Positions 28,871 through 38,535 of a stretch of 64,000 bases of DNA are shown piece after piece. Positions within the stretch are counted from its first letter, which is position 1. Every line of letters begins with the position of its first letter. The stretch comes from Dehalococcoidia bacterium. Lineage in GTDB: Bacteria > Chloroflexota > Dehalococcoidia > Lucifugimonadales > SHYT01. A program made the position numbers and the translations under genes. The notes below the pieces were generated by a model. It had not been told where the DNA came from and made no database searches. It saw nothing but the letters and a program-made list of their open reading frames with translations. The DNA is taken from the NCBI GenBank assembly GCA_009693055.1, contig SHYA01000006.1, positions 24,272-88,271 on the forward strand. Reading direction: 5' to 3'.

Positions 28871-28898
28871 ATTATAGATGGCTTGCTCACCGTGTCAA
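28871..28898 (-). promoter_or_regulatory. sigma-70-type promoter of the sulfate-assimilation operon
   Basis: Minus strand: TTGACA (28898-28893), 16-nt spacer, TATAAT (28876-28871). Both hexamers are consensus. Confidence 0.65.
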
Positions 28899-28948
28899 GG
28901 TGCGGCGCAGCCTGCTCTTCCGTCCTGTTCGGCGTTCGCTAGGCTACA

Positions 28949-29677
28949 ATGGCAGCGATGGCGGAGCAGGATTTAGCCGAGCGTCTGGGCGGCCGTGTCG
29001 GTGCGGTCCTGGTGGCCGCAGGCGGGAGCCGCCGCATGGGTGGCGTGGACAAGGTCTTCGCCCCCGTGCTGGGCCAGCCGCTCGTGTCGTGCAGCCTGGA
29101 TGTCCTGGAGGCGTGCCCGATGGTTGACGAGATCGTCCTGGTCTTGAGCACGGACAACCTTGCCCTGGGACGCGAGCTTGTGAAGACGGGTGGTTGGCGC
29201 AAGGTCCGCCAGGTTTGCCAGGGAGGTGAGCGGCGGCGGGACTCAGTGCAGCGTGGCCTGGACGCCCTCGTTGAGGTCAAGTGGGTGGTGGTCCATGACG
29301 CCGCCCGGCCGTGTGTGACCGCGGATATGCTCGTCCGGGGGCTTGAGGCTGCGCTGGAGACCGGGGCGGCCATCGCGGCCGTGCCGGTCGCGGACACCAT
29401 TAAGGTCGTCGGCGCGGACGGGGTTATCACGGCGACGCCGGCCCGCTCAGAGCTGTGGGCGGCGCAGACGCCCCAGGTGTTCTTGCGTGAGCTTCTGGTG
29501 CGCGCTCATCAGGCGGGCGACGCGGATGCCACCGACGACAGCGTGTTGGTGGAGCGGTTGGGCAGTCCGGTCAGGGTTTTTGAGGGCTCCGTTATGAACG
29601 TGAAGGTCACCACGCCAAGCGACCTGCTGGTTGCGGAGGCGTTCCTCCGGGCGCAGCGGGCCACGGGAGGCCGGTAA
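28949..29677 (+). CDS. ispD: 2-C-methyl-D-erythritol 4-phosphate cytidylyltransferase
   Basis: VLVAAGGSRRMG...DKVF and VVHDAARP motifs. An alternative ATG at 28958 sits just after a TACAAT box, so a leaderless start is possible. Confidence 0.85.
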   Translation: MAAMAEQDLAERLGGRVGAVLVAAGGSRRMGGVDKVFAPVLGQPLVSCSLDVLEACPMVDEIVLVLSTDNLALGRELVKTGGWRKVRQVCQGGERRRDSVQRGLDALVEVKWVVVHDAARPCVTADMLVRGLEAALETGAAIAAVPVADTIKVVGADGVITATPARSELWAAQTPQVFLRELLVRAHQAGDADATDDSVLVERLGSPVRVFEGSVMNVKVTTPSDLLVAEAFLRAQRATGGR

Positions 29678-29678
29678 C

Positions 29679-30155
29679 GTGCGCGTCGGCATCGGCTTTG
29701 ACGTTCACCCCCTCGTGACGGGGCGCCCGCTGGTCCTGGGCGGCGTCACCGTTCCGTTCGCCAAGGGCCTGCACGGCCACAGCGATGGCGACGTGCTCGT
29801 GCACGCCATCATTGACGCGCTGCTGGGTGCGGCTTCTCTGGGGGGCATCGGCGACCACTTCCCATCGAGCGACGAGCAGCTCCGAGGGATCAGCAGCCTG
29901 GTGCTGCTGGAGCGCACCAACGACCTCTTGCGACACCGCGGGTGGGTAGTGCACAATACCGACGCGACAATCGTGGCGCAGGCGCCGGTGTTGAAGCCTT
30001 ATCTGGGCCCCATGCAAAAGGCCATCGCGGCGCACCTGGGGGTGCAGCCCGAGCAGGTGAGCATCAAGGCCAAGACAACGGACGGTCTTGGGTTCACCGG
30101 CCGGGGCGAAGGCATCGCCGCCATGGCGGTCGCCACCCTCGACGCCGCGCCATGA
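29679..30155 (+). CDS. ispF: 2-C-methyl-D-erythritol 2,4-cyclodiphosphate synthase
   Basis: VGIGFDVHPL...HSDGDVLVHA...GDHFPS motifs. GTG at 29679 lies 1 nt after the ispD stop; the track ORF starts at 29631. Confidence 0.9.
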   Translation: MRVGIGFDVHPLVTGRPLVLGGVTVPFAKGLHGHSDGDVLVHAIIDALLGAASLGGIGDHFPSSDEQLRGISSLVLLERTNDLLRHRGWVVHNTDATIVAQAPVLKPYLGPMQKAIAAHLGVQPEQVSIKAKTTDGLGFTGRGEGIAAMAVATLDAAP

Positions 30156-30174
30156 GCCTGCGAAGCGAGTAGCG

Positions 30175-31563
<1,389 letters not shown>

Positions 31564-31638
31564 AGAGCGCCTGTCGGTGGTATCCTGGTAACGGGACCCA
31601 TTCTGTTTACGGAAGGGTCACCTTGGCGCAAGGGACTG

Positions 31639-33030
31639 GTGCTACAGGTGAGTAAGGCGCTCGTTGCCACGCTCACATCCCTCCTGGGCGACGGTCGTGT
31701 CTCCGTGGACGAGCGCGACCTGCTCAGCCACATGTTCGACACCTACAGCCGCTCCTTTGCCGTCCCCGCGAGCAAACCGTTGGCTGTGGTCTTTGCGCGC
31801 TCAACGGAAGACGTTCAAAAGACCCTCGCCTTCGCGTCGGACAACGGCATCGGCGTGGTCCCCTACGGTGGAGGCACAGGCGTCACCGGTGGGGCCACCT
31901 CGGTGCGGCCGGGCGTCGTGCTGGACCTTCGAGGCCTTGCGCAACTGCACGAGCTGGACGTCGATGGCCGCCGCGCGCAAGTGGGCGCGGGGATGCTCCT
32001 GGCCGAGCTGTGCTCGAAAGCGGAAGCGCAACGGCTTCTCTTTGCCCACGACCCGTGGAGCCTGTCCATCGCGACGGTGGGCGGTTCCATCGCCGTCAAC
32101 GGCGTCGGCTACCTTGCTGGTCGCTACGGCGCCATGGGGGATCAGGTGCTGGGGCTGGAGGTCGTCCTCCCCAACGGGCGCGTGGTGACCATGAAGGGGC
32201 TGCCGAAAGCAAGCGGGCCGGGGCTGACGCCGCTCTTCATCGGCTCCGAGGGAACGCTCGGGGTCATCACGAAGGCGACGGTCCACCTCTACCCGCAGCC
32301 AGAGCGGCGCGTGCTCCGGGCGTTCAGTTTCAAGAGCTTTGAGCACGGCTTTGGGGCCGCTATGGAGATGTACCGCGTTGGGCTGGCGCCCGCGTTGATG
32401 GACTTTGCCGAGGAGCCGCTGGAAGGCGCCACCGGGACCACGTCTACGCTCTACCTGGGCTTTGAGGGGCTGGCGGAGGAGGTTGCCGCGCAGGTGGAGC
32501 GGGGCCAACGGATTTGCCAGCAAGAGGGCGGGGTCCTCCTGCCGGAGCGCGAGGCCATTGCGTTTTGGGACGCGCGGCATGAGGCGGGCGAGCGGTACCA
32601 GCGGGAGGTGCTCTCCAAGCCGCCTGCTCAGCGGCTACGCCACCCACGGCGAATGGACTACGTGCACGTCGCAATCCCGGCGTCGCGAGTGGTGGAGTAC
32701 CACCGCTGGTGCAGGGCGCTTGTGGGGCAGCGACAGCTTCCGGTCAACGAATGGTCCTTCTGGGGCAGGCCTGAGTTCTTCTCCTTTCTGATCATTGACC
32801 CGTTCACTGGGAAAGAGGAGCAGCTCTCCGAGCTGTTCCGCAACACCGTGGACGAGATGCTGCAGAGGGCTCAGGATATGGGTGGTTCTATGGAGTACTG
32901 CCATGGCGTTGGGCTGAAGCTTGGCGCCGCGATGGAGCGGGAGCTTGGCCCGACGATGGAGCTGCTGCGGGCTGTCAAGCGGACACTGGACCCGGCCGGC
33001 ATCATGAACCCCGGTAAGCTGGGGTTGTAG
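31639..33030 (+). CDS. FAD-linked oxidase (GlcD/PCMH family)
   Basis: FAD_binding_4 N-terminus (VVPYGGGTGVTGGA) and FAD-oxidase C-terminus (DPAGIMNPGK). GTG start. Confidence 0.8.
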   Translation: MLQVSKALVATLTSLLGDGRVSVDERDLLSHMFDTYSRSFAVPASKPLAVVFARSTEDVQKTLAFASDNGIGVVPYGGGTGVTGGATSVRPGVVLDLRGLAQLHELDVDGRRAQVGAGMLLAELCSKAEAQRLLFAHDPWSLSIATVGGSIAVNGVGYLAGRYGAMGDQVLGLEVVLPNGRVVTMKGLPKASGPGLTPLFIGSEGTLGVITKATVHLYPQPERRVLRAFSFKSFEHGFGAAMEMYRVGLAPALMDFAEEPLEGATGTTSTLYLGFEGLAEEVAAQVERGQRICQQEGGVLLPEREAIAFWDARHEAGERYQREVLSKPPAQRLRHPRRMDYVHVAIPASRVVEYHRWCRALVGQRQLPVNEWSFWGRPEFFSFLIIDPFTGKEEQLSELFRNTVDEMLQRAQDMGGSMEYCHGVGLKLGAAMERELGPTMELLRAVKRTLDPAGIMNPGKLGL

Positions 33031-33089
33031 TCCGGCCCTGCGATCCGTGCGTTAGACCAACTCTGCAATAGAGTCGCGCCTACTCATGG

Positions 33090-33198
33090 TCATTCTGAGG
33101 GAGTCCCGACCGCAGTCGGGATGACCGAAGAATCCGCAACCAAACGCCCTCCCACTGCCTTTGTTCGGTTCAGATTCTTCGCTTCGGCTCAGAATGAC
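33090..33198. repeat. composite palindromic intergenic repeat (two inverted copies of GTCATTCTGAG...CGAAGAATC)
   Basis: GTCATTCTGAG-[GAGTCCCGAC cgca GTCGGGAT gac]-CGAAGAATC lies at 33090-33134. An inverted copy, GATTCTTCG cttcgg CTCAGAATGAC, lies at 33174-33198. A third copy is at 41770-41797. Confidence 0.7.
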
Positions 33199-33256
33199 AG
33201 TGCGCGGCGGTCTCTCCACACCAAGACTAATGCGCCACTTTCAAACAGAGTTGGTA

Positions 33257-34099
33257 TTAGGCCTGCCGAACGATAACCGCTGTCCCTACGCATGCCCCGA
33301 GAGCTTTTGCCGCGTTGCCTTGCGGCAGGGCGATCTCCAGGAAGCCGTGGCTGCCCGGCACCACCACAAGTCTCCTGTGGCGTCCGTAAGTGGCGCTTAG
33401 CGTGGCTATCGTGCGTCTCCCTAGAGTTACCGCCACGCTCTTGCCGGCCACCTGTTCCGTGCGAATGTTGGTGACCAGGTTGCCGAAAATGTCCACGTGG
33501 AGCACCGTGCCGGCGAGCGAGGCGCCTTTCCACTCGGCCCTGGGAGCGTACAGGACTGTCACCTCATCGGTCGGCGTGCCGAGGCCCCTTGGTGGGAATC
33601 CTGCCGCCAGGTGCGCGGCCACCGGCCCAAAGACATCGCGGGCGTGGAAGGTTGCGCTGACCGGGTGGCGCCAGTAGTCAGGGCAGTCCAGGACGATGGC
33701 GGTGAAGCTCTGGGGAAGACGGGCGCGGAAGGGAGCGAGGGGTCTCCGATGCTCTCGTGGCAGGAGGTCGGGCCATAGCACATAGGTAAAGAGGCCGTTG
33801 TCCGGCCCGACGAACGCGTGGCCTTTGCCGACGAGGACGAGAGGGCGTCGTTCGGTCCCAACATCAGGGTCCACGACGGCGAGGTGCGCCGTGCCGGGTG
33901 GAAACGCCTGCCATGCGGCGCCCAGGAGAAACGCGCCGGTCGGGACGTTCTGCCGGGGGACCTGATGGGTGAGGTCGACCAGCGTGGCAGATGGGGCTAT
34001 GGACAGGATTGACCCTTTCACGGCGCCGGCGTAGGTGTCCGCGAGGCCGAAGTCGGTGAGGATGGTGACGGTGCCATTGGGGGCGAAGCGGCGGGGCAC
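33257..34099 (-). CDS. SAM hydroxide adenosyltransferase / DUF62 (chlorinase-fluorinase fold) family protein
   Basis: N-terminal TILTDFGLADTYAGAVKG and overall length are typical of DUF62. Confidence 0.75.
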   Translation of the reverse strand: MPRRFAPNGTVTILTDFGLADTYAGAVKGSILSIAPSATLVDLTHQVPRQNVPTGAFLLGAAWQAFPPGTAHLAVVDPDVGTERRPLVLVGKGHAFVGPDNGLFTYVLWPDLLPREHRRPLAPFRARLPQSFTAIVLDCPDYWRHPVSATFHARDVFGPVAAHLAAGFPPRGLGTPTDEVTVLYAPRAEWKGASLAGTVLHVDIFGNLVTNIRTEQVAGKSVAVTLGRRTIATLSATYGRHRRLVVVPGSHGFLEIALPQGNAAKALGACVGTAVIVRQA

Positions 34100-34116
34100 G
34101 GTGCTCTTTGAGAAGC

Positions 34117-34341
34117 CTAGAAGGTGCCGTTCCAGCGGGCGCTGAGAAGGCTGACGAGGAGGAAGAGGGCGACGAGCACGATGGTGAACTGGAAAAGGAG
34201 CTTCTCCACCCCACGCCGAACGCGGCCCGAGGACTCGGCCGTTCCGAAGAAACCGCTCCCTTCACCGTGCACCTGCAGGAGGATGACGCCGATGAGGACG
34301 ATGGCGATCAGGATCTCCGTAATCTGTAACGAGGCGTCCAT
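34117..34341 (-). CDS. secG: preprotein translocase subunit SecG
   Basis: 74 aa with two TM helices separated by a G-rich loop (LLQVHGEGSGFFG). Confidence 0.8.
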   Translation of the reverse strand: MDASLQITEILIAIVLIGVILLQVHGEGSGFFGTAESSGRVRRGVEKLLFQFTIVLVALFLLVSLLSARWNGTF

Positions 34342-34382
34342 TGTGCTCCCTCGCCGGAATGGGTCGTGCGAGTTCTAGGGTA

Positions 34383-35879
34383 TCACGTGCTCTTGAGCGC
34401 CTCAAGTTTTTGCGCGAGCAGCGTATTGACGAGCGCGGGATTTGCCTTGCCTTTGCTCATCTTCATCACCTGCCCTACGAGGAACTTGACGGCGGTCTCC
34501 TTGCCGCTCAAATAGTCAGCGACGGCGGGCTGGTTGGCGGCGATCGCCTGCTCCACGTAGGACATCACCGCGCCGGCCTCGCTCACCTGGGCGAGCCCCT
34601 TCTCCTGGACGATGGCCTTCGGATCCCGCCCGGTGGTGAAGGCCTCCTCGAACACCGCTTTGGCCTGCGTGGAGCTGAGCTTGCCGGCCTCCACCAGGTC
34701 GGCAAGCTGGTTGATTGCAGTGGCCCAGAGCAGGCGCGCAGCCTCCGGGTAGTCGTCCAGGTCTTTCTGCGCGGCGCCGGTGAGGCGCGCAAGCTCGCCA
34801 AGGGTCCAATTGCTCACCGTCTTGGCGCGGGTGCGCAACGCGTCGCCCTTTGCGCCGCTGGCGGCCAAGCAGCGCTCAAAGAGCTGCGCTGTTGTCCGGT
34901 TGGCGGAGAGGAGGCGCGCGTCGTAGTCAGGGAGGCTGTACTGTGCCACGAAGCGGTCCTTGAGCGCTTCCGGCAACTCCGGCAAGCGGGCCTTGATATC
35001 CTCTAGCCACGCGGGGGCGAGCTCCAGCGGTGTAAGGTCGGGCTCCGGAAAATACCGGTAGTCGTGGGCGTGCTCCTTGGAGCGCTGCGAGACGGTAACG
35101 CCTTTGTCGTCCAGCCAGCCGCGGGTCTCCTGCGTAACGCGCCCGCCTTCGTTCAGCAGCCTGGTTTGCCGCTCTATCTCAAACTGAATGGCCCTGGTCA
35201 CGGAGCGGAAGCTGTTCATGTTCTTGACTTCCACCTTGAACGGCGACAGCTGGGTGGCGCCCTTGGGGCGGAGGCTGACGTTGGCGTCGCAGCGGAAGCT
35301 GCCCTTCTCCATGTCCGCCGTGGAGACGCCGAGGGCGCGGAGGATGGCGCGGAGCTTCATCAGGTACAGGCGCGCCGTCTCCGCCGAGCGGAGGTCCGGC
35401 TCGCTCACGACCTCCATGAGCGGCGTGCCCGAACGGTTGACGTCAACCAGGGAAAACGCATCGCCGCCGTCGCGGACGTGCATCATCTTGGCGGTGTCCT
35501 CTTCCAGGTGGACGCGCGTAATGCCCACGCGCGTGGGCCGGCCGTTCGATTCCACGTCCAGCCAGCCCTTGAACGCTATGGGGTCCGGGAACTGAGATAT
35601 CTGGTACCCCTTCATCAGGTCCGGGTAGGGGTAGTTCTTACGGTCAAAGTGGGTCTGGCTGTTGATGGAGCAGTTGAGCGCCATGCCGGTCATGACGGTA
35701 AACTCCACCGCGCGCCGGTTGATGACAGGCAGCGTGCCGGGCATGCCCAGGCAGACGGGGCAGACGCGGGTGTTGGGAGAGGCGGACTGCTGATGGTCCG
35801 TGGGGCAGCTGCAGAACATCTTGGAGCGGGTCAAGAGCTGCGCGTGCACCTCAAGGCCGATGACTGGTTCCCAGTCCAT
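34383..35879 (-). CDS. gatB: Asp-tRNA(Asn)/Glu-tRNA(Gln) amidotransferase subunit B
   Basis: [10 protein letters not shown]...[21 protein letters not shown], and a C-terminal GatB_Yqey domain. ATG at 35879; alternative start at 35894. Confidence 0.9.
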   Translation of the reverse strand: MDWEPVIGLEVHAQLLTRSKMFCSCPTDHQQSASPNTRVCPVCLGMPGTLPVINRRAVEFTVMTGMALNCSINSQTHFDRKNYPYPDLMKGYQISQFPDPIAFKGWLDVESNGRPTRVGITRVHLEEDTAKMMHVRDGGDAFSLVDVNRSGTPLMEVVSEPDLRSAETARLYLMKLRAILRALGVSTADMEKGSFRCDANVSLRPKGATQLSPFKVEVKNMNSFRSVTRAIQFEIERQTRLLNEGGRVTQETRGWLDDKGVTVSQRSKEHAHDYRYFPEPDLTPLELAPAWLEDIKARLPELPEALKDRFVAQYSLPDYDARLLSANRTTAQLFERCLAASGAKGDALRTRAKTVSNWTLGELARLTGAAQKDLDDYPEAARLLWATAINQLADLVEAGKLSSTQAKAVFEEAFTTGRDPKAIVQEKGLAQVSEAGAVMSYVEQAIAANQPAVADYLSGKETAVKFLVGQVMKMSKGKANPALVNTLLAQKLEALKST

Positions 35880-36083
35880 GAACGAGACCCCCAATCAGGT
35901 TGGATAATCCTGCGACAACTGTTATGGAGACGTAGGGGCGATTCGGGAATCGCCACTGCTGCACGTTTTGCGAAGCCCCACAGACAGTATAGCTCCAAGT
36001 CGTTTGCTCCCCCTCTCCTTCGCGTTACAATACGATGGCTTTGGAATGAGCCACTGGGCTGTCACGGAAGTAAGGAGCGAAAC

Positions 36084-37505
36084 ATGTCCACCAATAAGCC
36101 CAACACGCGAACAGAGCGCGACTCCATGGGGTCTATGGAGGTGCCGGCGGAGGCGTACTACGGTGCCTCCACGCAGCGCGCGGTGCTCAACTTCCCCATC
36201 AGCAAGGAGCGTTTCCCGAGGCGGTTTATCCGCGCAATGGGGCTCATCAAGCAGGCGGCGGCCCACGTGAACGCGGAGCTTGGGCTGCTGGACAAGCGTA
36301 TCGCCGGAGCCATCGCCAACGCAGCGCAAGAGATCGCGGATGGCCGGTTCGACAAAGAATTCGTGGTGGACATCTACCAGACCGGCTCCGGCACCTCCAC
36401 CAACATGAACGCCAACGAGGTCATCGCGAACCGCGCCACGGAGCTGCTGGGCGGCCAGCGAGGCGCCAAGCTGGCGCACCCCAACGACCACGTGAACCTG
36501 GGCCAGTCCTCCAACGACGTCATCCCGACCGCCATCCACCTCTCCGTAGCGATGGCGATCAAGGAGGACCTGGTGCCGGCTCTCCAGGAGATGGAGAAGG
36601 CACTGCGGGATAAGTCCCAGGAGTTCTGGCCCATCATCAAGACCGGGCGCACGCACCTGCAGGACGCCACGCCGGTGCGCTTGGGGCAGGAGTTCCTGGG
36701 CTACGCGGGGCAGGTGGAGCGGGCACAGCGCCGGCTGCGCCACGCGCTGGATGAGCTTCGGGAGGTTGCGCTTGGTGGCACTGCTGTCGGGACCGGCATC
36801 AACACGCATCCCCAATTTGCGCAGCGGGTGTGTGCGCGGCTCTCAGAGGTGACCGGCCTTAGCGTGGCGGAGACCGAAAACCACTACCAGGCGCAGGCCA
36901 CGCTGGATGCGCTGGTGGAGACGAGCGGGGTGCTGCGCACGGTCTCCATCAGCCTGTATAAGATCGCGAACGACATCCGCTGGATGGGCACCGGGCCTCG
37001 GGCCGGCATCGGAGAGCTGGTGTTGCCGGAGGTGCAGCCAGGTAGCTCCATCATGCCGGGCAAGATCAACCCGGTCATCGCCGAGTCGCTGCTGCAGGCG
37101 GTCGCCCAAGTGCTCGGGAACGACCTGGTGGTGGCGCAGGCGGGACAGAGTGGCGTCTTTGAGCTGAACGTCATGATGCCGGTGGCGGCGCACAACCTGC
37201 TGCAGAGCGTGGGGCTGCTGGCGGCGTCGGCGCGCAACTTCACCCGTCAGTGCGTGGTGGGCCTGAAAGCAACGGAGCGGAGCACGCAGATGGTGGAGCA
37301 GGGCCTGATGCTTGCCACCGCGCTGGCGCCCGTGGTGGGTTACGATGCCGCCGCGGCCATCGCGAAAGAGGCCGCCAAGACCGGCAAGACCATCCGGGCA
37401 GTGGCCCGCGAAAAGACGAGCCTCTCAGAGACGGATCTGGATCAGCTCCTCCGTCCTGAGAAGATGACCGAGCCGGGCCTGGGCGGCGGGCCAACAAGCG
37501 GCTAG
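36084..37505 (+). CDS. fumC: class II fumarate hydratase
   Basis: Close to the FumC pattern: YQTGSGTSTNMNANEV, GQSSNDVIPTA, KTGRTHLQDATP, GSSIMPGKINP, FELNVMMP. ATG at 36084 with an AAGGAG SD. The 813-aa track ORF is an artefactual upstream extension. Confidence 0.85.
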   Translation: MSTNKPNTRTERDSMGSMEVPAEAYYGASTQRAVLNFPISKERFPRRFIRAMGLIKQAAAHVNAELGLLDKRIAGAIANAAQEIADGRFDKEFVVDIYQTGSGTSTNMNANEVIANRATELLGGQRGAKLAHPNDHVNLGQSSNDVIPTAIHLSVAMAIKEDLVPALQEMEKALRDKSQEFWPIIKTGRTHLQDATPVRLGQEFLGYAGQVERAQRRLRHALDELREVALGGTAVGTGINTHPQFAQRVCARLSEVTGLSVAETENHYQAQATLDALVETSGVLRTVSISLYKIANDIRWMGTGPRAGIGELVLPEVQPGSSIMPGKINPVIAESLLQAVAQVLGNDLVVAQAGQSGVFELNVMMPVAAHNLLQSVGLLAASARNFTRQCVVGLKATERSTQMVEQGLMLATALAPVVGYDAAAAIAKEAAKTGKTIRAVAREKTSLSETDLDQLLRPEKMTEPGLGGGPTSG

Positions 37506-37676
37506 CAGCCCACTCAACCGCTGAGTGCCCCGAGCAGGCTGGCTACTTCTTATTGACCGTGCCTTGGCCGCGGCACTCCTTGCACGGCCGCGCGGCCGGT
37601 CGGGGTGGCAGGTCTTACAGGAGTCGCGCTCGCAGTAGCCGGTCCCTGTGCAGTGGTTACAAAGTGAAAGTGGCAC
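37425..37676 (-). CDS. possible small zinc-ribbon protein (CxxC-x10-CxxC, basic tail); very uncertain
   Basis: GTG at 37676 with a GGGGG SD. The N-terminus reads MPLSLCNHCTGTGYCERDSCKTCH. The 3' third overlaps the fumC 3' end antisense, so the true end or its reality is doubtful. Confidence 0.2.
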   Translation of the reverse strand: MPLSLCNHCTGTGYCERDSCKTCHPDRPRGRARSAAAKARSIRSSQPARGTQRLSGLLAACWPAAQARLGHLLRTEELIQIRL

Positions 37677-37776
37677 GGTACACCCCCTCGTTTCCCTACT
37701 TGCGGAGAGCCGCAAACGCGCTCCCCGTCGCGCTGCCACGACTTCATTCGGGTCGGTTTTTCGCCGAGCTTCCAGG

Positions 37777-38034
37777 CTAGTCGTCATTCCCTTCCGACTG
37801 CGCTTCTGCCAGCTCGCTGACCCTGTCAAGGTGCGAGTCCAGGTAGCACTGACCAAAGTGCAGGACTTTGAAACGCTCGCTGCCGATCTGCACCTGAGAG
37901 ACGCGCTTGGGTTCCAGTTTGTTCTGGGACAGGTACTGCTGCACCCGCTCGTCATTTCTATGCGGATAGTCCTCGTTGAAGGAGAGAGACAAACGGGTCA
38001 TCCCAATTCTCGTGTGCTGGCGGCTGATTCGCAT
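37777..38034 (-). CDS. hypothetical small protein (acidic C-terminus)
   Basis: ATG at 38034 with a GGGGAG SD (alternative ATG at 38001). The segment looks lower in G+C. No family recognised. Confidence 0.4.
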   Translation of the reverse strand: MRISRQHTRIGMTRLSLSFNEDYPHRNDERVQQYLSQNKLEPKRVSQVQIGSERFKVLHFGQCYLDSHLDRVSELAEAQSEGNDD

Positions 38035-38188
38035 TGAGCTGCTCCCCCTCTCTGCGAGAGCGAGTTTCGTAGCCGTTGCCCTGTCCACGCAACGCGCTCG
38101 TAGCCCTACACTAGAACGGCGGACGGAAGATGTCGAGGCGGGGTTAGGCGGCGTCGCGGCGGCTGACAGCCGATCGGCAAGTGCTGCT

Positions 38189-38446
38189 CTACTCCCGGAC
38201 GCGCCACCAGCGGCGGGTGGCCGTTTCCGCGTGCCACGCGGCAAACTGCGCGTAGTCGCGGAGGCACATCGGACGCCCAAGGACAGTGCTCTCGTACCAA
38301 CGTTTGCGGCGCACCACGTACCGCGGGCTAGCTCCGCAGGCCAGGAAGAAGCGCAGCGCGCCTACCAGCGTGGCGACCGCCGCCATGAGCACCAGCACGG
38401 CGTCAAGCGCGATGAGGGGCGGCGCGAGCACGAACCGGCGAAGCAT
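38189..38446 (-). CDS. hypothetical small membrane protein
   Basis: ATG at 38446 with a GGGGGTGAG SD. One long hydrophobic segment followed by a basic, Trp-rich tail. Confidence 0.35.
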   Translation of the reverse strand: MLRRFVLAPPLIALDAVLVLMAAVATLVGALRFFLACGASPRYVVRRKRWYESTVLGRPMCLRDYAQFAAWHAETATRRWWRVRE

Positions 38447-38535
38447 CACACTCACCCCCTGCCTTACCCACAAGCTCTGTGCCGATCTGACCTCGTTATC
38501 CTCTGGCTAGAGCCCCGTCGTCAGAAGTCGTTACG

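Noticed and set aside
35064-36083. Upstream 340 codons of the 813-aa plus-strand ORF that ends as fumC
   Set aside because: This part is antisense to the well-supported gatB gene and has the Arg/Ala/Gly-rich, low-complexity look of a shadow ORF in G+C-rich DNA. FumC homology starts at the ATG at 36084, which has an AAGGAG SD.
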